From assembly GCA_001938485.1 (NCBI GenBank), contig MQRK01228290.1, positions 1 through 53,560 on the forward strand: DNA of 53,560 bases, given 5' to 3'. This DNA is from Girardia tigrina. Its lineage: Eukaryota. The number at the start of each line of letters is the position of its first letter. Position 1 is the stretch's first letter. Under the pieces are notes generated by a model that was not told where the DNA came from, did no database searches, and saw only the letters and a program-made list of their open reading frames with translations. Shown in pieces: positions 51,733 through 53,560 of the stretch. The translations under genes and the position numbers were made by a program.

Positions 51733-52014
51733 TGTCCCCCGGACCTCTTAATTTTACCAAGTTCATAAACTTATTCGGAGAAAAATTATCTGGATCTGAT
51801 CCTGAAGATTCCTTGAGGAATGCCTTCAAATGTTTGATTCCGAAAATAAAGGTTTCTTAGCAAAAGAATACATGAAAGATCTGTTAGAAAATATGGGAGA
51901 CAACTTTACCGCCGACGAGATTCGACAAACTCGGAAAGAAGCACCCCTTGCTGGGGCAAGTTAGACTATGAGGCCTTTGTAAAACAAATCAAGCGGGGCA
52001 AAGATGATGAATAG
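51733..52014 (+). pseudogene. Myosin regulatory light chain, 5'-truncated intronless copy
   Basis: (C)[87 protein letters not shown]; two 1-nt frameshifts. Confidence 0.93.
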
Positions 52015-52056
52015 ATTAATCAAATCTTAGTTTGTTTTCAATGTTCTCTATGAAAA

Positions 52057-52389
52057 ATGAACGACGAGCTCCACCAACAAGTAGTACTACAATGGGATGC
52101 CATCTACACTTGGCAAAAGAATGTGGAGTGGCATCAACGTCGATTGATAAGTAAGAAGCAACAGTGGAAGGCCCTCCTTAAAACGGTATCGAAAGGCCAT
52201 CATAGATACACACGTATCACCCAGGTGATTGGAGAACACCAAACGAGAATCGAAAAAATGCAGAAGAGAATCGCGCAAGAGCAAGTCTCTCTGATAACCT
52301 TCGAGAAGGAGACCAGAATAAGAATGACGAAGAAGGGTTGGAATTATTCCTATAATATTGGCGGAGTTAAAATATTTCAGAATCCTTAA
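52057..52389 (+). CDS. Hypothetical helical/coiled-coil protein, 110 aa
   Basis: Intact ATG ORF, AAAATG context, GC higher than spacers, AATAAA about 25 nt after the stop. Confidence 0.55.
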   Translation: MNDELHQQVVLQWDAIYTWQKNVEWHQRRLISKKQQWKALLKTVSKGHHRYTRITQVIGEHQTRIEKMQKRIAQEQVSLITFEKETRIRMTKKGWNYSYNIGGVKIFQNP

Positions 52390-52616
52390 TGTTTAGATTG
52401 ACAACAAATGTAAAATAAATGTTTTAGTAATAATTAGTCTTTACGTTTTGGCTTGTTTAGTATAAAAATAAAAAAAATTTTTGTAAAAAATTTTTAAAGA
52501 AAATTTAAAGAGAAATAGAAGTAATTATAATCATGTTAAGCTAAAAGGAACAATAGATTATATTTATTATAATTGGATCAAATACGAAACTCAATAATTA
52601 ATGGGACATTTTTAGC

Positions 52617-52994
52617 ATGAACAAGCCCATCGCAACTGTTCAACCGATACCGCAAGATCCGCGAGTGGTGGAGTTGAATGCACAAATTTGCCTAGCAATG
52701 AACATAATCGCCNNNNNNNNNNNNNNNNNNNNNNNNNNNNNNNNNNNNNNNNNNNNNNNNNNNNNNNNNNNNNNNNNNNNNNTCACCATGAGCGAGGTAC
52801 AGACATTGAATCGCGAAGTCAAAGTGGTGCTCGATGAAATAGAGACAAAATTGACGCAGTACGACGCCGACTTCAACCAAAGAAGCTTGGAGGAGTTCCG
52901 TGCGCACCATTTACGACTCTTAGAAATACAAGACCGAGACCAAGCAGACGAATGCGAACGTCTCATATATATTAACATTAACAGCTACTTGTGA
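52617..52994 (+). CDS. Hypothetical coiled-coil protein, about 125 aa (spans a gap)
   Basis: Open on both sides of the N gap; heptad-like pattern; TTTTTAG-C-ATG; AATAAA after the stop. Confidence 0.55.
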   Translation: MNKPIATVQPIPQDPRVVELNAQICLAMNIIAXXXXXXXXXXXXXXXXXXXXXXXXTMSEVQTLNREVKVVLDEIETKLTQYDADFNQRSLEEFRAHHLRLLEIQDRDQADECERLIYININSYL

Positions 52995-53092
52995 TTTTAA
53001 AAGGTAAAATGATAACAATAAAATAAAAATTTTTCTCATGTTATATTTAATTGTAATTGAGTATACAATATTTAATTATGATATTTTGGTAG

Positions 53093-53428
53093 ATGAAAAT
53101 TGACAAAGTAGCATTAATGAGAAAATTGAGAGAGTCCCAAAAGGAACTAACGAAACTTTTGGACAAACAAAAAGAATTGATGAACACAATAGAAAAGATC
53201 GAGGATCGACTACAAATAATGCGACAACGGCAGCTATACCCTTTAGGGGCAATCAGGGAACAAAAGGCAAATTTGGCACAACACACCAAAAAACTTAAAG
53301 AATATAGAAATCGCACAAAAATTATATTAACACTGATTGAAAATTATGGGAGACAGATTCGAACTCTGTCTGAAATAAACTTCAACTATTTTGATGATAA
53401 CGTCAATGATGATGATGAAATACAATAG
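53093..53428 (+). CDS. Hypothetical coiled-coil protein with acidic tail, 111 aa
   Basis: Intact ORF, K/E/Q/L heptads, TTTTGGTAG-ATG, AATAAA at about 53494. Confidence 0.55.
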   Translation: MKIDKVALMRKLRESQKELTKLLDKQKELMNTIEKIEDRLQIMRQRQLYPLGAIREQKANLAQHTKKLKEYRNRTKIILTLIENYGRQIRTLSEINFNYFDDNVNDDDEIQ

Positions 53429-53500
53429 AGTTATTGCAGTGATGTCGTATTAATAGAAACTATTAATTATGCTTGTATAAGGTGATTAAAGAGAATAAAA

Positions 53501-53556
53501 ATTTGAGTCTATGGGAGACATTTAAAATTTATTTGAGCCTACGGGAGGCGATTAAA
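53501..53556. repeat. 30-bp-period tandem repeat containing a small hairpin
   Basis: ATTTGA-GTCT-ATGGG-AGAC-ATTTAAA and ATTTGA-GCCT-ACGGG-AGGC-GATTAAA. Confidence 0.7.
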
Positions 53557-53560
53557 ATAA

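Noticed and set aside
53501-53560. CRISPR-like repeat
   Set aside because: Eukaryotic context, only two clear units, no unique spacers and no cas genes.

Overview
AT-rich eukaryotic (animal) genomic scaffold with several N gaps. The composition, a 50-nt mini-intron and the transposon spectrum fit a triclad flatworm (planarian), but that is inference. Two spliced host genes can be reconstructed by hand. A phosducin-like PhLP1/PDCL gene lies on the minus strand (coding exons 8519-8322, 7245-7120, 4136-4000, continuing beyond the left edge). A complete 5-exon synaptophysin-family (MARVEL) gene lies on the plus strand (21286-37048, about 232 aa). Most of the rest is a nested pile of transposons: mariner, Tc1, pogo/Tigger, DD41D/rosa, hAT elements and MITEs, piggyBac, MULE, Gypsy fragments, solo LTRs and Penelope-like elements (PLEs). 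Five minimal hammerhead-ribozyme motifs are associated with PLE ends, one of them fully intact. There is also a 28S rRNA fragment and a myosin regulatory light chain retrocopy. The least explained part is 50382-53560. It contains a long decayed orphan ORF fused to the light-chain retrocopy, then three co-oriented intronless coiled-coil ORFs (two with an acceptor-like AG at the ATG), then a 30-bp-period hairpin repeat with a compensatory base change that runs off the window edge. No database searches were possible, so all family calls come from recognised motifs.
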